From Candidatus Dojkabacteria bacterium (lineage in GTDB: Bacteria > Patescibacteriota > Dojkabacteria > SC72), in NCBI GenBank assembly GCA_035271645.1, contig DATERJ010000012.1:28964-92963 (forward strand): DNA of 64,000 bases, read 5' to 3'. This document shows positions 8,148 through 17,338 of this stretch, piece by piece. Below the pieces are notes generated by a model, which was given only the letters and a program-made list of their open reading frames with translations, was not told the DNA's origin and did not search any database. Made by a program: the position numbers and the translations under genes. Positions within the stretch are counted from its first letter, which is position 1. Each line of letters starts with the position of its first letter.

Positions 8148-9092
8148 ATGAACATATACAGACAGATACTTAAGAAGAAAGGTCACATTCTGGCCCTTGC
8201 CCCTATGGAAGGTGTTACTGACACTGTTTTTAGGCAGGTTTTATGCAAAATTGGTAAACCAGATCTGTTTTTTACAGAATTTCTTAATGTTGAAGGTTTC
8301 TGTTCTAAAGGAAGGGAGAAAGTTATACATAGGTTGGATTTTAGGAATATTGAGAAACCTGTGGTTGTACAACTTTGGGGGAATGTTCCTGAGTATTATG
8401 CTGAAACTGTTGAATATGTAAAGACTCTTAATCCAGATGGTATAGATATTAACATGGGTTGTTCTGTTAGAGATGTGCTTTCTAGTGGAAGAGGTTCTGC
8501 TTTGATAAATGACAAGGTATTAGCTAAGGAGATAATTGATGTTGTTAAGGAGAGTGCAGGTGATTTACCTGTTAGTGTGAAGACTAGGATTGGTTTTGAC
8601 AAGATTGATACAGAGGAATGGATTGGCTTTTTGCTTGAGCAAGGTTTGGATATGATTACGGTTCATGGAAGACTTTCGAGAGAGGGTTACTCTACTCCAT
8701 CTAGGTGGGATGAGATAGCCAAGTGTGTAAAGTTAAGAAATGAAATTGCTCCTGATACTATTGTTTTAGGAAATGGTGATGTGAAGGATATTGAACAGGC
8801 TAAGGAATATGTAGATAGATATGGTGTTGATGGCGTTATGATTGGTAGAGCTATACTGACTAATCCATGGTTGTTTAGTGGTAGGAAGCCAGAGGATATA
8901 TCTAAGGAAGAGAGAGTTGAGGTTCTAAAAAAACATTTAGAGATTTTTGAGAAAGAAAGAGGAGAGATGAATATATTTAACAGTCAGAAGAAGTATATTA
9001 AGGCATACATTAGTAATTTTGATACAGCAGGAGAATTGAGATCTAAGCTTATGGATACAAGTAGTTCTCTGGAGATTATGGATATACTTTGA
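8148..9092 (+). CDS. dus: tRNA-dihydrouridine synthase
   Basis: 314 aa. LAPMEGVTDTVFR, TIM-barrel Dus motifs, DINMGC (catalytic Cys), VHGR. Confidence 0.85.
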   Translation: MNIYRQILKKKGHILALAPMEGVTDTVFRQVLCKIGKPDLFFTEFLNVEGFCSKGREKVIHRLDFRNIEKPVVVQLWGNVPEYYAETVEYVKTLNPDGIDINMGCSVRDVLSSGRGSALINDKVLAKEIIDVVKESAGDLPVSVKTRIGFDKIDTEEWIGFLLEQGLDMITVHGRLSREGYSTPSRWDEIAKCVKLRNEIAPDTIVLGNGDVKDIEQAKEYVDRYGVDGVMIGRAILTNPWLFSGRKPEDISKEERVEVLKKHLEIFEKERGEMNIFNSQKKYIKAYISNFDTAGELRSKLMDTSSSLEIMDIL

Positions 9093-9628
9093 TAGTATGT
9101 AGTATGGAATTGACCACAGTTTTAATCATTTCTTTTCTAATTATCTCTTCAGTTGGTACCCTACTCCACTTTACTCATAATTGGATAAAGAGAGGTTTTC
9201 TTTTACACCTGTTCTCTGCACTTAATGAGAGTACTTGGGAGCATATGAAGTTACTTCTTCTTCCTACATTGTTAGCTTCAGTATTCCAGATTTTTGTTTT
9301 TAAAGGTAGGTATGGGAATATGAATAGTGCGATATTGGTGTTGTTGTTAGTAGAACTTTTAGCTATGCCTTTGATATTTGAACCTTTGAGGGTTGTATTT
9401 AAGAAGGTTCATTTTGGGATAACTATTGGGATTTTCTTTGTTAGTATTGCTTTAGGTTTGTTAGCTGAGTATTACATTTTGATTAACAACATTATTGTTT
9501 TTAATGAGGTTGTAGCAGGTATTTTGATTTATATTGTTGTAATTCTTTTTGGAATATTTACTTTCTTTCCACCTAAGTTTTTCCTCTTTAAAGATCCTGT
9601 TACTGGGAGGTATGGGGATATTAGTTAG
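9089..9628 (+). CDS. hypothetical polytopic membrane protein
   Basis: 179 aa with about 5 hydrophobic helices. Start overlaps the dus stop (ATGA). Confidence 0.45.
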   Translation: MIVCSMELTTVLIISFLIISSVGTLLHFTHNWIKRGFLLHLFSALNESTWEHMKLLLLPTLLASVFQIFVFKGRYGNMNSAILVLLLVELLAMPLIFEPLRVVFKKVHFGITIGIFFVSIALGLLAEYYILINNIIVFNEVVAGILIYIVVILFGIFTFFPPKFFLFKDPVTGRYGDIS

Positions 9629-10745
9629 TAATTTTCTTGTTCTGTTGTAACTTCTTTACAAAATAGCATGCTAGGTATGTTGTAATTGGTACTGCTAAGA
9701 TTAGTCCAATACTTCCTACCAATGTTCTTACTATCTCTGTAGATACTACCTCCAGACTAATTACTTCACTAAAAGTTCTATCATCACTTAGAAAGAGAAG
9801 AAGGAGAGGCATAGATGCACCTGCATATACTAAGATTAATGTGTTAATCATAGATGCAATATGGTCTCTTCCAAGTTCAAGAGATCTTTTGAAAAGTTCT
9901 TTTGTTGATATATCTTTCTTAAGGTCATAGAGTTGGTGAACTATTGATGTTTGAGAGATTGTAATATCATCCATAATACCTAGTGTACCTATGAGTATTC
10001 CTGCAAGAAGGAGTCCTTTAAGATTGTATGTTGTATTATTCATACCTTGTAAGAAGAGTACCTCTTCAGATTCTGCTCCACTTAGATGTACTAGGTTACT
10101 GAAGATAACGGAGAGTATTCCTGTTATGATTAGTGCAATAATTGTACCTACTATTGCAATTGTTGTCTTTTTGTTAAATCCATGTGAGAGGTAGAAAGTT
10201 ATTGGTATGATAATCATGGATGTAAGTATTGTAATTAGTATTGGGTCTTTTCCTTGTTCTATCTGTGGTAAAAGAAATACAAAGATTATGAGGAAGGATA
10301 ATGCCATGGATAGTAGTGAGAGGAATCCCTTTTTTCTTCCTACTAATACTGCTAGTACTGTGAAGATAGCAAAGAGTATACCTAAGCTTTTAGTTCGGAT
10401 GTAATCTACAATGTAATATATTTCATTACCTTCTGCATCTATCATTTGTGATATTAATATTTCATCCCCTACCCTATACTTGTTTGTATGTCCCATGGGT
10501 TGTGTCCCATTCTCAGAGATTATCTCTTCACCTTTCTTATCTCCTTTTGTTACTAATATCTTTATTTTTTGATAGAGTTGTTTTTCTTTTGTTTCTTTGT
10601 GTTCTATTTCTTTTTCTTCAACAATCTCTGTTATCTTTCCATTCATATATTTAATGTTATCTTCTTGTGCAAATATATTACCTTTTGAGAAAAGGAATAT
10701 TGTTATTGTTGTTAGTAGTATTGTTAGGAGGTGTTTTGGTTTCAT
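9621..10745 (-). CDS. YibE/F-family membrane protein
   Basis: 374 aa. Signal/TM, then a soluble N-domain, then a multi-TM C-terminal domain. Composition and length are typical of the YibE/F family. Confidence 0.6.
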   Translation of the reverse strand: MKPKHLLTILLTTITIFLFSKGNIFAQEDNIKYMNGKITEIVEEKEIEHKETKEKQLYQKIKILVTKGDKKGEEIISENGTQPMGHTNKYRVGDEILISQMIDAEGNEIYYIVDYIRTKSLGILFAIFTVLAVLVGRKKGFLSLLSMALSFLIIFVFLLPQIEQGKDPILITILTSMIIIPITFYLSHGFNKKTTIAIVGTIIALIITGILSVIFSNLVHLSGAESEEVLFLQGMNNTTYNLKGLLLAGILIGTLGIMDDITISQTSIVHQLYDLKKDISTKELFKRSLELGRDHIASMINTLILVYAGASMPLLLLFLSDDRTFSEVISLEVVSTEIVRTLVGSIGLILAVPITTYLACYFVKKLQQNKKITN

Positions 10746-10795
10746 TTAGTAAGTTTAGTAGTTTAATTGTTTCATTATATCTCTATGTTATGGCA

Positions 10796-10828
10796 AAAGA
10801 CAGCCAGTATATTAAACTGACTGTCTTT
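10796..10828 (-). terminator. hairpin (12-bp stem AAAGACAGCCAG/CTGACTGTCTTT, 9-nt loop) downstream of the 10877-11212 gene; candidate intrinsic terminator
   Basis: Stem-loop read directly. Only a short U-run (TTTTGCC) follows on the minus strand. Confidence 0.3.
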
Positions 10829-10876
10829 ACCTAATTCTAATTAACTGAAGACAAGAAGAGTAATACTTCCTTCTAG

Positions 10877-11212
10877 CTATTTAATTACTATTGATTCTCC
10901 ACATAAACTCCAAGCTTGGATATAGTCTCCTCCAAGTTTCTTTTCGAAAAGAGGTTTAAGAAAATCGTATAGAAAGCCTCCCTGTACACTTTTCTTTAGG
11001 TTCTTTCTATCATATCTGAAATCTAGTGTCACAAAATCAGTACCATCAGGTCTGATACTTGCATAGATTAAACCTTTGTCCTCCTTCTCCCATTCTTTTA
11101 CAGCAGAATAAAGCTGTATTGGAGATACATACAAATTAGAGAACTTGAGGGAACCTGTAAACATTCCATTTTTTAAAGAGGTTTGGAATTCCTCTTGTAT
11201 GGTTTTATCCAT
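10877..11212 (-). CDS. hypothetical protein (111 aa)
   Basis: ORF only. No recognisable motif. Last gene of the same-strand block that follows tRNA-Val. Confidence 0.45.
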   Translation of the reverse strand: MDKTIQEEFQTSLKNGMFTGSLKFSNLYVSPIQLYSAVKEWEKEDKGLIYASIRPDGTDFVTLDFRYDRKNLKKSVQGGFLYDFLKPLFEKKLGGDYIQAWSLCGESIVIK

Positions 11213-11320
11213 ATTATTAAAGTAATTAAAGTAAAATAAAGTATTAGTAATATATTATTATATTACTGTAACTATATTATACCATTTTTTACTAGGGGTT
11301 TGCAAATCCAATTCTATTAC

Positions 11321-11830
11321 TTAATGAACTTCAATATCAGACAAAGAAAGATACTTTGCTACAATATCAGCTCGTTCTTTGTTTCTACTTACTACAGCTA
11401 CACTTACAATTGAATCATCTGCTTCGTAATCCCAAAACTCTACTTCACCTTCTACATCTAGTAATGAACCAAACTCTACTCTTGAAACTAGTTGATAGTC
11501 ATGAGCCACTTTTTTAAACTCTTTACCTTTGAACTGTACTGTTTCCTTAAAACCATCAAATTCAGGTATTCTACCTTCATTATGTCCAAGGTAAATAATA
11601 TTATCAGAAGGGATAAGGACTAGGACATTATGTTCTTCTAACAGAACTTTTGCATATATTGATGTGGGTTCACTCTGGGTTGCATACAAAGCCTTACCTA
11701 AAACTTTGTATGGTTTATCCTTAATAACTAGAGTACTTCCTTCTGTGATTTTTTCTATAATGGTGTTCATATAATTATTTCTTGTTAAATTATTTGTACC
11801 AAAATCTTTATCTCTCACTAACAAACTCAA
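11321..11830 (-). CDS. hypothetical protein, possibly DUF4178-like beta-rich domain (start may be the internal Met at about 11770)
   Basis: 169-aa ORF. C-terminal DVEGEVEFWDYEADD pattern. The first-ATG start overlaps the upstream gene by 23 nt. The internal MNTIIEK start avoids the overlap. Confidence 0.5.
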   Translation of the reverse strand: MSLLVRDKDFGTNNLTRNNYMNTIIEKITEGSTLVIKDKPYKVLGKALYATQSEPTSIYAKVLLEEHNVLVLIPSDNIIYLGHNEGRIPEFDGFKETVQFKGKEFKKVAHDYQLVSRVEFGSLLDVEGEVEFWDYEADDSIVSVAVVSRNKERADIVAKYLSLSDIEVH

Positions 11831-12053
11831 ACCTATTTACTACTGTACCATCCTCTAATTCTTTTGTACCCATGAAATCATCTAACTTTCTAACCCATGC
11901 TTTAGTTTCACTTTCTTCTTTGTAATACAATGGAATATATAATACAACATCCTCTTCTGTTTCAGAATCTTTAGCTAACATTAAAGCTAAATACATTCCT
12001 CCTTTGAAATGTCTATACACACCTGGTTGGAATTTTCTTTCTGTATTTCCCAT
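11808..12053 (-). CDS. DUF1653-family small protein
   Basis: 81 aa with GVYRHFKGGMY...VLYIPLY, characteristic of DUF1653. Confidence 0.6.
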   Translation of the reverse strand: MGNTERKFQPGVYRHFKGGMYLALMLAKDSETEEDVVLYIPLYYKEESETKAWVRKLDDFMGTKELEDGTVVNRFEFVSER

Positions 12054-12084
12054 ATATGAGATATGTTTTAAAATAATTAGTTAA

Positions 12085-12819
12085 TTATATACTCATTTGG
12101 AAATCTTTGCTCATCTTCTTTAGTTTAACAATCGCATTGTCTAATCTCTCCTTTACATCTTCTCTACAATGCTTCCCTATCCATACAATATGTCTATCTA
12201 TTAGAGCAATGTGTGGGATATCCTTTTCATCTAAATAAATTGCAACATTATCTTCCCCCAGAAAATCTGGATATATATCCTGATTTGATAATTCTAGAAA
12301 CTTTTTAATTAACTCAATTAAAGTTTTCTTAAACTCAGCATATTTTGTAGTATAGCTATGTAACTTCTTAGAATCTATTCTAAAAATATCTCCTTGTATA
12401 TTATCTATCCATTTGGTAGATATTAGAACAGTTTTCTGTCCTGTTCCCATAGGGTCATCACAGATAGAGTATTTCTCTTCTGGTATTACTAAGCTAGGTA
12501 TATTACCAAACTCAGAGGAGTACCAATCAGTTTCTTCTTTCCAATCTCTGATAACTTCTTGCAAATCTTCTATGGTATCTCCAGTATATACAGGTCTTGC
12601 TCTGAATTTTAGATATGGACGATTATTATGGTTAGGAGTTTCTTTAGAAATTAGTAGTGTTTTATTACAAACATCCTTATCTCTAAATACAAATGTTTGT
12701 CCGGCATAATATTTGTACTCTCCATATTGCCCTTTGTATTTTGATAATAACGACTCTACTGTTTTTCTACGTTCTTTGCTTTTGGAATTTGATGTAGAGT
12801 TCTTTTTAGGTTTTTTCAT
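12085..12819 (-). CDS. hypothetical protein (244 aa) with basic Lys/Ser-rich N-terminus
   Basis: ORF only. No recognisable catalytic motif. Confidence 0.5.
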   Translation of the reverse strand: MKKPKKNSTSNSKSKERRKTVESLLSKYKGQYGEYKYYAGQTFVFRDKDVCNKTLLISKETPNHNNRPYLKFRARPVYTGDTIEDLQEVIRDWKEETDWYSSEFGNIPSLVIPEEKYSICDDPMGTGQKTVLISTKWIDNIQGDIFRIDSKKLHSYTTKYAEFKKTLIELIKKFLELSNQDIYPDFLGEDNVAIYLDEKDIPHIALIDRHIVWIGKHCREDVKERLDNAIVKLKKMSKDFQMSI

Positions 12820-12825
12820 ATTTGA

Positions 12826-13263
12826 TTATATATCCTCTTCTTTAAAAATCCTATTCACCCTTCTGTATATTAAATCTTCCTTATCATCAAAAATATCTTC
12901 CAGTTCTACTAAGGATACCCATTGATAGTTAATATGTTCATCAGATAGTATTACTTCAGGAGTATTGTCTAAAAATACTAAAAATGTAGTTTCTGTTATA
13001 TTCTTAATATCACCTTTCTCTGTAGTAAAACTATATTTTTCAGAATCTACCTCTTTTAACTCTCTATCTGATATATCTATACCTGTTTCTTCTTTTACTT
13101 CTCTTACTACGGTTTTTGGCATATCTTCACCTTCTTCAATACCTCCAGATGGTAATTCCCAAAAACCTGGAAAGGAATCATCTTTTGGTGTCCTTTGGAT
13201 AAGGAGGAACTTTTTATCAGGATTGAGTAGTAAGCAAGAGATATTTTCTTTTGTGATTATCAT
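12826..13263 (-). CDS. NUDIX hydrolase
   Basis: Nudix box GGIEEGEDMPKTVVREVKEETGI (GX5EX7REUXEEXGU). Confidence 0.8.
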   Translation of the reverse strand: MIITKENISCLLLNPDKKFLLIQRTPKDDSFPGFWELPSGGIEEGEDMPKTVVREVKEETGIDISDRELKEVDSEKYSFTTEKGDIKNITETTFLVFLDNTPEVILSDEHINYQWVSLVELEDIFDDKEDLIYRRVNRIFKEEDI

Positions 13264-13305
13264 TGTGGTAGGTATTTAAATTTAGTTGTTTCTGAAGCAG
13301 GTATC

Positions 13306-14268
13306 CTATTGCTTTTTGGCCTTCTTTGTTTCTAATCGTTCAATCCTTTTGTCCCAGTCACCATTCCATCCCTGAGACTTTGCTTGTTTAACCAATTCAA
13401 TTGCCTCATCATACTTACCCTGTTTATCAAGAATAATAGCTAACTGAGTATATCCAGGATGAGTTGGCAGTCCTCCAGAATAGCTCTTTAGAAAAGCTTC
13501 TGCAGCTTTTGGGGATAAGTCTATCTGTTTTTGAGCAGATTGTATAGCGATATCCAACGCCTTCGGGTCTATATCACGAAGTTTGTAATACAATCCCATT
13601 TTTGCAGCCCAGAAGAAGTGTTGATCTAAAGTATCCCCCTTCTCTACATATTCTTCCGCCTTGTTAATAAGTTTAAATGCTAAAGTTCTATCTCTTGGGT
13701 TATCAAACCAGCTAGATAAAGATGAGAGATGAAAAGATGCAGATTTTTCTGTTAGTTTTGACAGCCCATTCTTTAATCCTGATGATGCTCCTAGTGGTTG
13801 GTACATTTCTTCCATGTGATTTTGTTCTTCTTTTGTAAATTCTTTTTCAAACCACTCTGCTAGATTTAGATTAGGACTGTTGTCTTCAATATCTGTATAA
13901 GAGGAGACAACTTCCTGTTCTGTCTGATTCTCTTGATTCCTACTTTTCTTTTTTTGTAGAAAGTAATAAATAATAATAGCTATTCCAACAGGAGGTAAAA
14001 TAATTAGCAAAAAAAGTCCTATTAGGATAGTACAGATGGATGAGTTATTTCCATTTGTTTGTCTCGTTTTTTTGTTGGTTTTGAATAAATCTCCTAATCC
14101 AAATGTGGTTTTATTATAAACTTTGTTATATACGTATCTTTTAGGATTTGTAATCCAACCTGTTCCGCGTGGCATTCGTAGACCTAAGGAGTTTTTAATT
14201 TTTCTTTTTATAGAAAATCTTGCTGACAAACTCTTTTTTAAAGATGGCTTTCTTAATCCGAATTTCAT
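13306..14268 (-). CDS. hypothetical membrane-anchored protein with C-terminal helical-repeat (TPR-like) region
   Basis: 320 aa. Basic N-terminus (MKFGLRKPSLKKSLSARFSIKRK...GWITNPKRYVYNKVYNKTT), one TM (ICTILIGLFLLIILPPVGIAIIIYYFL) and an alpha-helical C-terminus. Confidence 0.5.
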   Translation of the reverse strand: MKFGLRKPSLKKSLSARFSIKRKIKNSLGLRMPRGTGWITNPKRYVYNKVYNKTTFGLGDLFKTNKKTRQTNGNNSSICTILIGLFLLIILPPVGIAIIIYYFLQKKKSRNQENQTEQEVVSSYTDIEDNSPNLNLAEWFEKEFTKEEQNHMEEMYQPLGASSGLKNGLSKLTEKSASFHLSSLSSWFDNPRDRTLAFKLINKAEEYVEKGDTLDQHFFWAAKMGLYYKLRDIDPKALDIAIQSAQKQIDLSPKAAEAFLKSYSGGLPTHPGYTQLAIILDKQGKYDEAIELVKQAKSQGWNGDWDKRIERLETKKAKKQ

Positions 14269-14284
14269 ATCTGTATAACTCTAA

Positions 14285-14361
14285 TGGTGGGCGATACAGG
14301 AATTGAACCTGTGACCTTCACAATGTCAATGTGACGCTCTAGCCAGCTGAGCTAATCGCCC
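14285..14361 (-). tRNA. tRNA-Val (anticodon GAC), CCA encoded
   Basis: Minus-strand sequence GGGCGATTAGCTCAGCTGGCTAGAGCGTCACATTGACATTGTGAAGGTCACAGGTTCAATTCCTGTATCGCCCACCA. 7-bp acceptor, D arm GCTC/GAGC, anticodon loop TTGACAT, T arm ACAGG/CCTGT with TTCAATT loop. Confidence 0.85.
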
Positions 14362-14384
14362 ATCATAATGAACAGAATTCTACC

Positions 14385-14894
14385 CTATTTCTTTAAGTTT
14401 TTCCAATTATATATATTTCTTAATTCTCTAATATCTTTCTTCTTACTTTTCTCTGCGTTGTTGTAAAGGGTTTTAAGATACTCCGGAGATTCAAGACCAA
14501 GTGATTCAACCAAACAAGAAGTCATGTTTTTACCTATCTCAACAGCTGAAATAGCAGCAACCCAATCATCTCTTTCTATGAAATATACATCCACATTTTT
14601 GATATCATAGGCACCAATACGATTAGAGATTAAAACCTTACTGTCGATATCAACATCTGTTACTTTTCTAAATCCCCTTATCTTTTTCTTGTGGTTCTGT
14701 CCATGAACCATCTCTTCTAAGCTATACTCAATATCATCTAAGGTTAAATCGAAAAGGTCAGTTGTAAGTAGTGTCCCTTCTTCTCCATGTTCTAAAACAC
14801 TATCTATGTAACGAGTTAATCTCTCAACCTCATTTTGCTTGATGGCATCTCTGAGCTCATCTCCAGTAGTACATTTAGTATCTGTGAAATCCAT
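14385..14894 (-). CDS. hypothetical acidic protein (169 aa), translationally coupled to clpP
   Basis: ORF shares nucleotide 14894 with the clpP stop. No motif recognised. Sits where clpX usually lies. Confidence 0.5.
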   Translation of the reverse strand: MDFTDTKCTTGDELRDAIKQNEVERLTRYIDSVLEHGEEGTLLTTDLFDLTLDDIEYSLEEMVHGQNHKKKIRGFRKVTDVDIDSKVLISNRIGAYDIKNVDVYFIERDDWVAAISAVEIGKNMTSCLVESLGLESPEYLKTLYNNAEKSKKKDIRELRNIYNWKNLKK

Positions 14895-15490
14895 TACCTT
14901 TTTCTAATTATTTTATCTACCAAACCATAGGCCTTAGCCTCTTTGGCAGTAAAATATTTATCTCTATCAGCATCCTTGGTAATCTGAGCAACACTCTGAC
15001 CTGTCTTCTCTGAAAGCATCTTGTAAAGCTGTTCTCTAATTTTCATAATCTCCTCTGCTTCAATTGCAATATCACTAGCCTGTCCTTTTGCTCCACCAAG
15101 AGGTTGGTGGATATGAATCTTACTATTAGGTAATGCAAATCTTTTTCCCTTTGCACCGTTAATGAGAATCATTGTTCCCATGGAAGCTGCTAAACCAACT
15201 GCTGTAGTTGAAACATCTGGTTTAATGTAGTTCATTGTATCGATAATTGCCATACCTGCTGTAATGTAACCACCAGGGGAGTTGATAAACATCTGGATAT
15301 CAGCATTAGGGTCTTCTTTCTCTAAAAACAACAATTGAGCAACAATGGTATTAGCCATATTCGTCTCTATCTCATCACTAACAAACACAATTCTGTCTTT
15401 CAATAGTCTGGAATATATGTCATAGGCTCTCTCACCACCTTTTTCTTTTTCTATGACTGTTGGAATTAATCCCATATTTTTCTTTTTCAT
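14894..15490 (-). CDS. clpP: ATP-dependent Clp protease proteolytic subunit
   Basis: 198 aa. [17 protein letters not shown], catalytic Ser in GLAASMG, His in IHQPLGG. Confidence 0.9.
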   Translation of the reverse strand: MKKKNMGLIPTVIEKEKGGERAYDIYSRLLKDRIVFVSDEIETNMANTIVAQLLFLEKEDPNADIQMFINSPGGYITAGMAIIDTMNYIKPDVSTTAVGLAASMGTMILINGAKGKRFALPNSKIHIHQPLGGAKGQASDIAIEAEEIMKIREQLYKMLSEKTGQSVAQITKDADRDKYFTAKEAKAYGLVDKIIRKR

Positions 15491-15493
15491 AAT

Positions 15494-16522
15494 TTACTTT
15501 TTACCTAAAACCTCCTCAATGAAGGTCTTGAATGCTAACTCTTTTTCGCTTACTCTTCTTACATACTCTCTCCACTCTTCATTCTCATATATACTCTCAT
15601 CTGTACCTTCTGGAGCACTTTTCTTAATGGTTTCAATCTTCTCATTCAATTCCTTCTCTCCAATCTTAATATCTCTTTCTTTAGCATAGAGCTTAAGGAA
15701 TACATCACTCTCAAGAGCTTCTTTAGCATCCTTCTGCCATAGTTCTCTCATCTTCTCCATTGTTATGTTGTTAGCTTGAAGGAAATTCTCAATCTTTTCA
15801 TCATCATGACCCATATCATGTACGAAGGAATGTTCTCTTTCATGGGCTTCATAATCAATTGCTGGTTGTGGAATCTTAATATTGGAGAGTTTAATTGCTT
15901 GTGCAAATGCATCATCTTCCTGTCTCCTCTGCTCATACATACCCTTCTGCTTTTCCAAAAGGTCCTTAACATATTTTTTCAAGTCATCCAATGTCTTTAC
16001 ATCTTTAATATTCATTAACTTTGCAATCTCCTTTGCCCAAGCATCATCCATCTTCTTAGCTTTTGTTTTGTTACCCTTAAACACATTCTCTAATGCATCA
16101 TTAACTTCTTTCTCTGTTACCTCAACCTTCTCTTTCTTTACCTTAATCTTCTTCATATTACCTAATGTAAACTCAGGCATAATGGGAATCTCAACAACTA
16201 AAACTAAGTCCTCATCTTTTGAGAAGTCTGGGAAACTTTTGTATGTAGGTGGTGCAATTGGAGAGAGGTTTTCTTTTTGAAGTGCAGTTGTAAGGTACAT
16301 TGGAACCATTTTTTCAAATGTCTGTACCTTGATAGTATTCTTTACCTCAGGCTCTATCATATCTGTTGGAACTTTCCCTTTTCTAAACCCATCTAGCTTT
16401 GTATTACTTAACTCTTGTTCTAGAACAGCTTTGTAACTTTTGTTAAAAGCATCCTTGGGGATAGTGATAGTAAATTCGACTACGCTATCGCTAATATCTT
16501 TTCTTGTATGAAAATCTTTCAT
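15494..16522 (-). CDS. tig: trigger factor, short form lacking the PPIase domain
   Basis: 342 aa. N-terminal ribosome-binding signature GFRKGKVP. tig-clpP synteny. No FKBP-type segment. Confidence 0.75.
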   Translation of the reverse strand: MKDFHTRKDISDSVVEFTITIPKDAFNKSYKAVLEQELSNTKLDGFRKGKVPTDMIEPEVKNTIKVQTFEKMVPMYLTTALQKENLSPIAPPTYKSFPDFSKDEDLVLVVEIPIMPEFTLGNMKKIKVKKEKVEVTEKEVNDALENVFKGNKTKAKKMDDAWAKEIAKLMNIKDVKTLDDLKKYVKDLLEKQKGMYEQRRQEDDAFAQAIKLSNIKIPQPAIDYEAHEREHSFVHDMGHDDEKIENFLQANNITMEKMRELWQKDAKEALESDVFLKLYAKERDIKIGEKELNEKIETIKKSAPEGTDESIYENEEWREYVRRVSEKELAFKTFIEEVLGKK

Positions 16523-16552
16523 GATGTATATATTTAAATTATGCGGTTGATT

Positions 16553-17278
16553 CTACACTTTTTGATACAATTTGTCTAGCTTGGCAATGACAACAAGTCT
16601 CTTTTCTGAAGTCCATAGAGGAGTACAGGTTATTAAGGTTAATCGATAGTCATCACTCTCTTTGACAACGGATATATCATTAGCTTCTACAATCTTAGTT
16701 TCTGTAACAATGTATGTATATTCTCCTTCGGTATGTTTAACTTTAATTTCATCTCCTACCGTAACCTTATCTAAATTGTAAAAAGTGTCTTTTGCAGGTG
16801 GAAGATTCATGAATCTGTGCCCAATTACAACAAAATTACCTTTATGCCCTGGGTATGTAGAGCTTGGGAAATGCCAGAATCCCCTATCCATTGTGTATGC
16901 ATCTGTACCCTGAAAAACATTTCCTTCAATCAGAACATTTGGGATTGAGATTGAAGTATTGAGTTCTTCTAAAATCTTCTTGTCGAGAATGATGTTAGCT
17001 CCTTTGATAGATTCTTCTATCGAACCTTCAACAAATTCTTCCTTTAGAAACTTATCTTTTGTTGGTGAGAGAGTTGTTAGTAAGTTAATTGTAGTATCTT
17101 TTGCAAGTGAGTAGATGTTTAGAGAGTTCTTTCTTAATGCAATATCGTTGTATTGTGGATATATGATGAAAAGGGATATTGGAATCAGGACCAATAGTAT
17201 TAGTAAAAGAGTTGTAAGTATCTGTATTGTTTTTTTCATTTCTTCCCCTATTCTACTAAATTTCCTAAACAGTTGCAT
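16553..17278 (-). CDS. sortase (transpeptidase); likely true start at the internal Met near 17239
   Basis: N-terminal TM, catalytic His in GNFVVIGHR, active-site TLITC, conserved Arg downstream. GGGGAAG SD precedes the internal ATG at about 17239. Confidence 0.8.
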   Translation of the reverse strand: MQLFRKFSRIGEEMKKTIQILTTLLLILLVLIPISLFIIYPQYNDIALRKNSLNIYSLAKDTTINLLTTLSPTKDKFLKEEFVEGSIEESIKGANIILDKKILEELNTSISIPNVLIEGNVFQGTDAYTMDRGFWHFPSSTYPGHKGNFVVIGHRFMNLPPAKDTFYNLDKVTVGDEIKVKHTEGEYTYIVTETKIVEANDISVVKESDDYRLTLITCTPLWTSEKRLVVIAKLDKLYQKV

Positions 17279-17338
17279 TAAATTTAGAATTATATTATTC
17301 TAAGGTAGGGAGTATATAAATTATAATATAGGATTAAA

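Noticed and set aside
7861-8186. 77/79-aa ORFs in the OYE-dus spacer, and the 69-aa ORF at 61011-61220
   Set aside because: They lie inside the repeated hairpin-bounded elements. The frames are not conserved between copies A and C (which are inverted), so they are non-coding.
10746-10876. att-like direct repeat of the tRNA-Val 3' end marking a genomic-island boundary
   Set aside because: No copy of the tRNA 3' segment (GGTTCAATTCCTGTATCGCCCACCA or its complement) is present in the distal spacer. The island idea is kept only as a weak inference.
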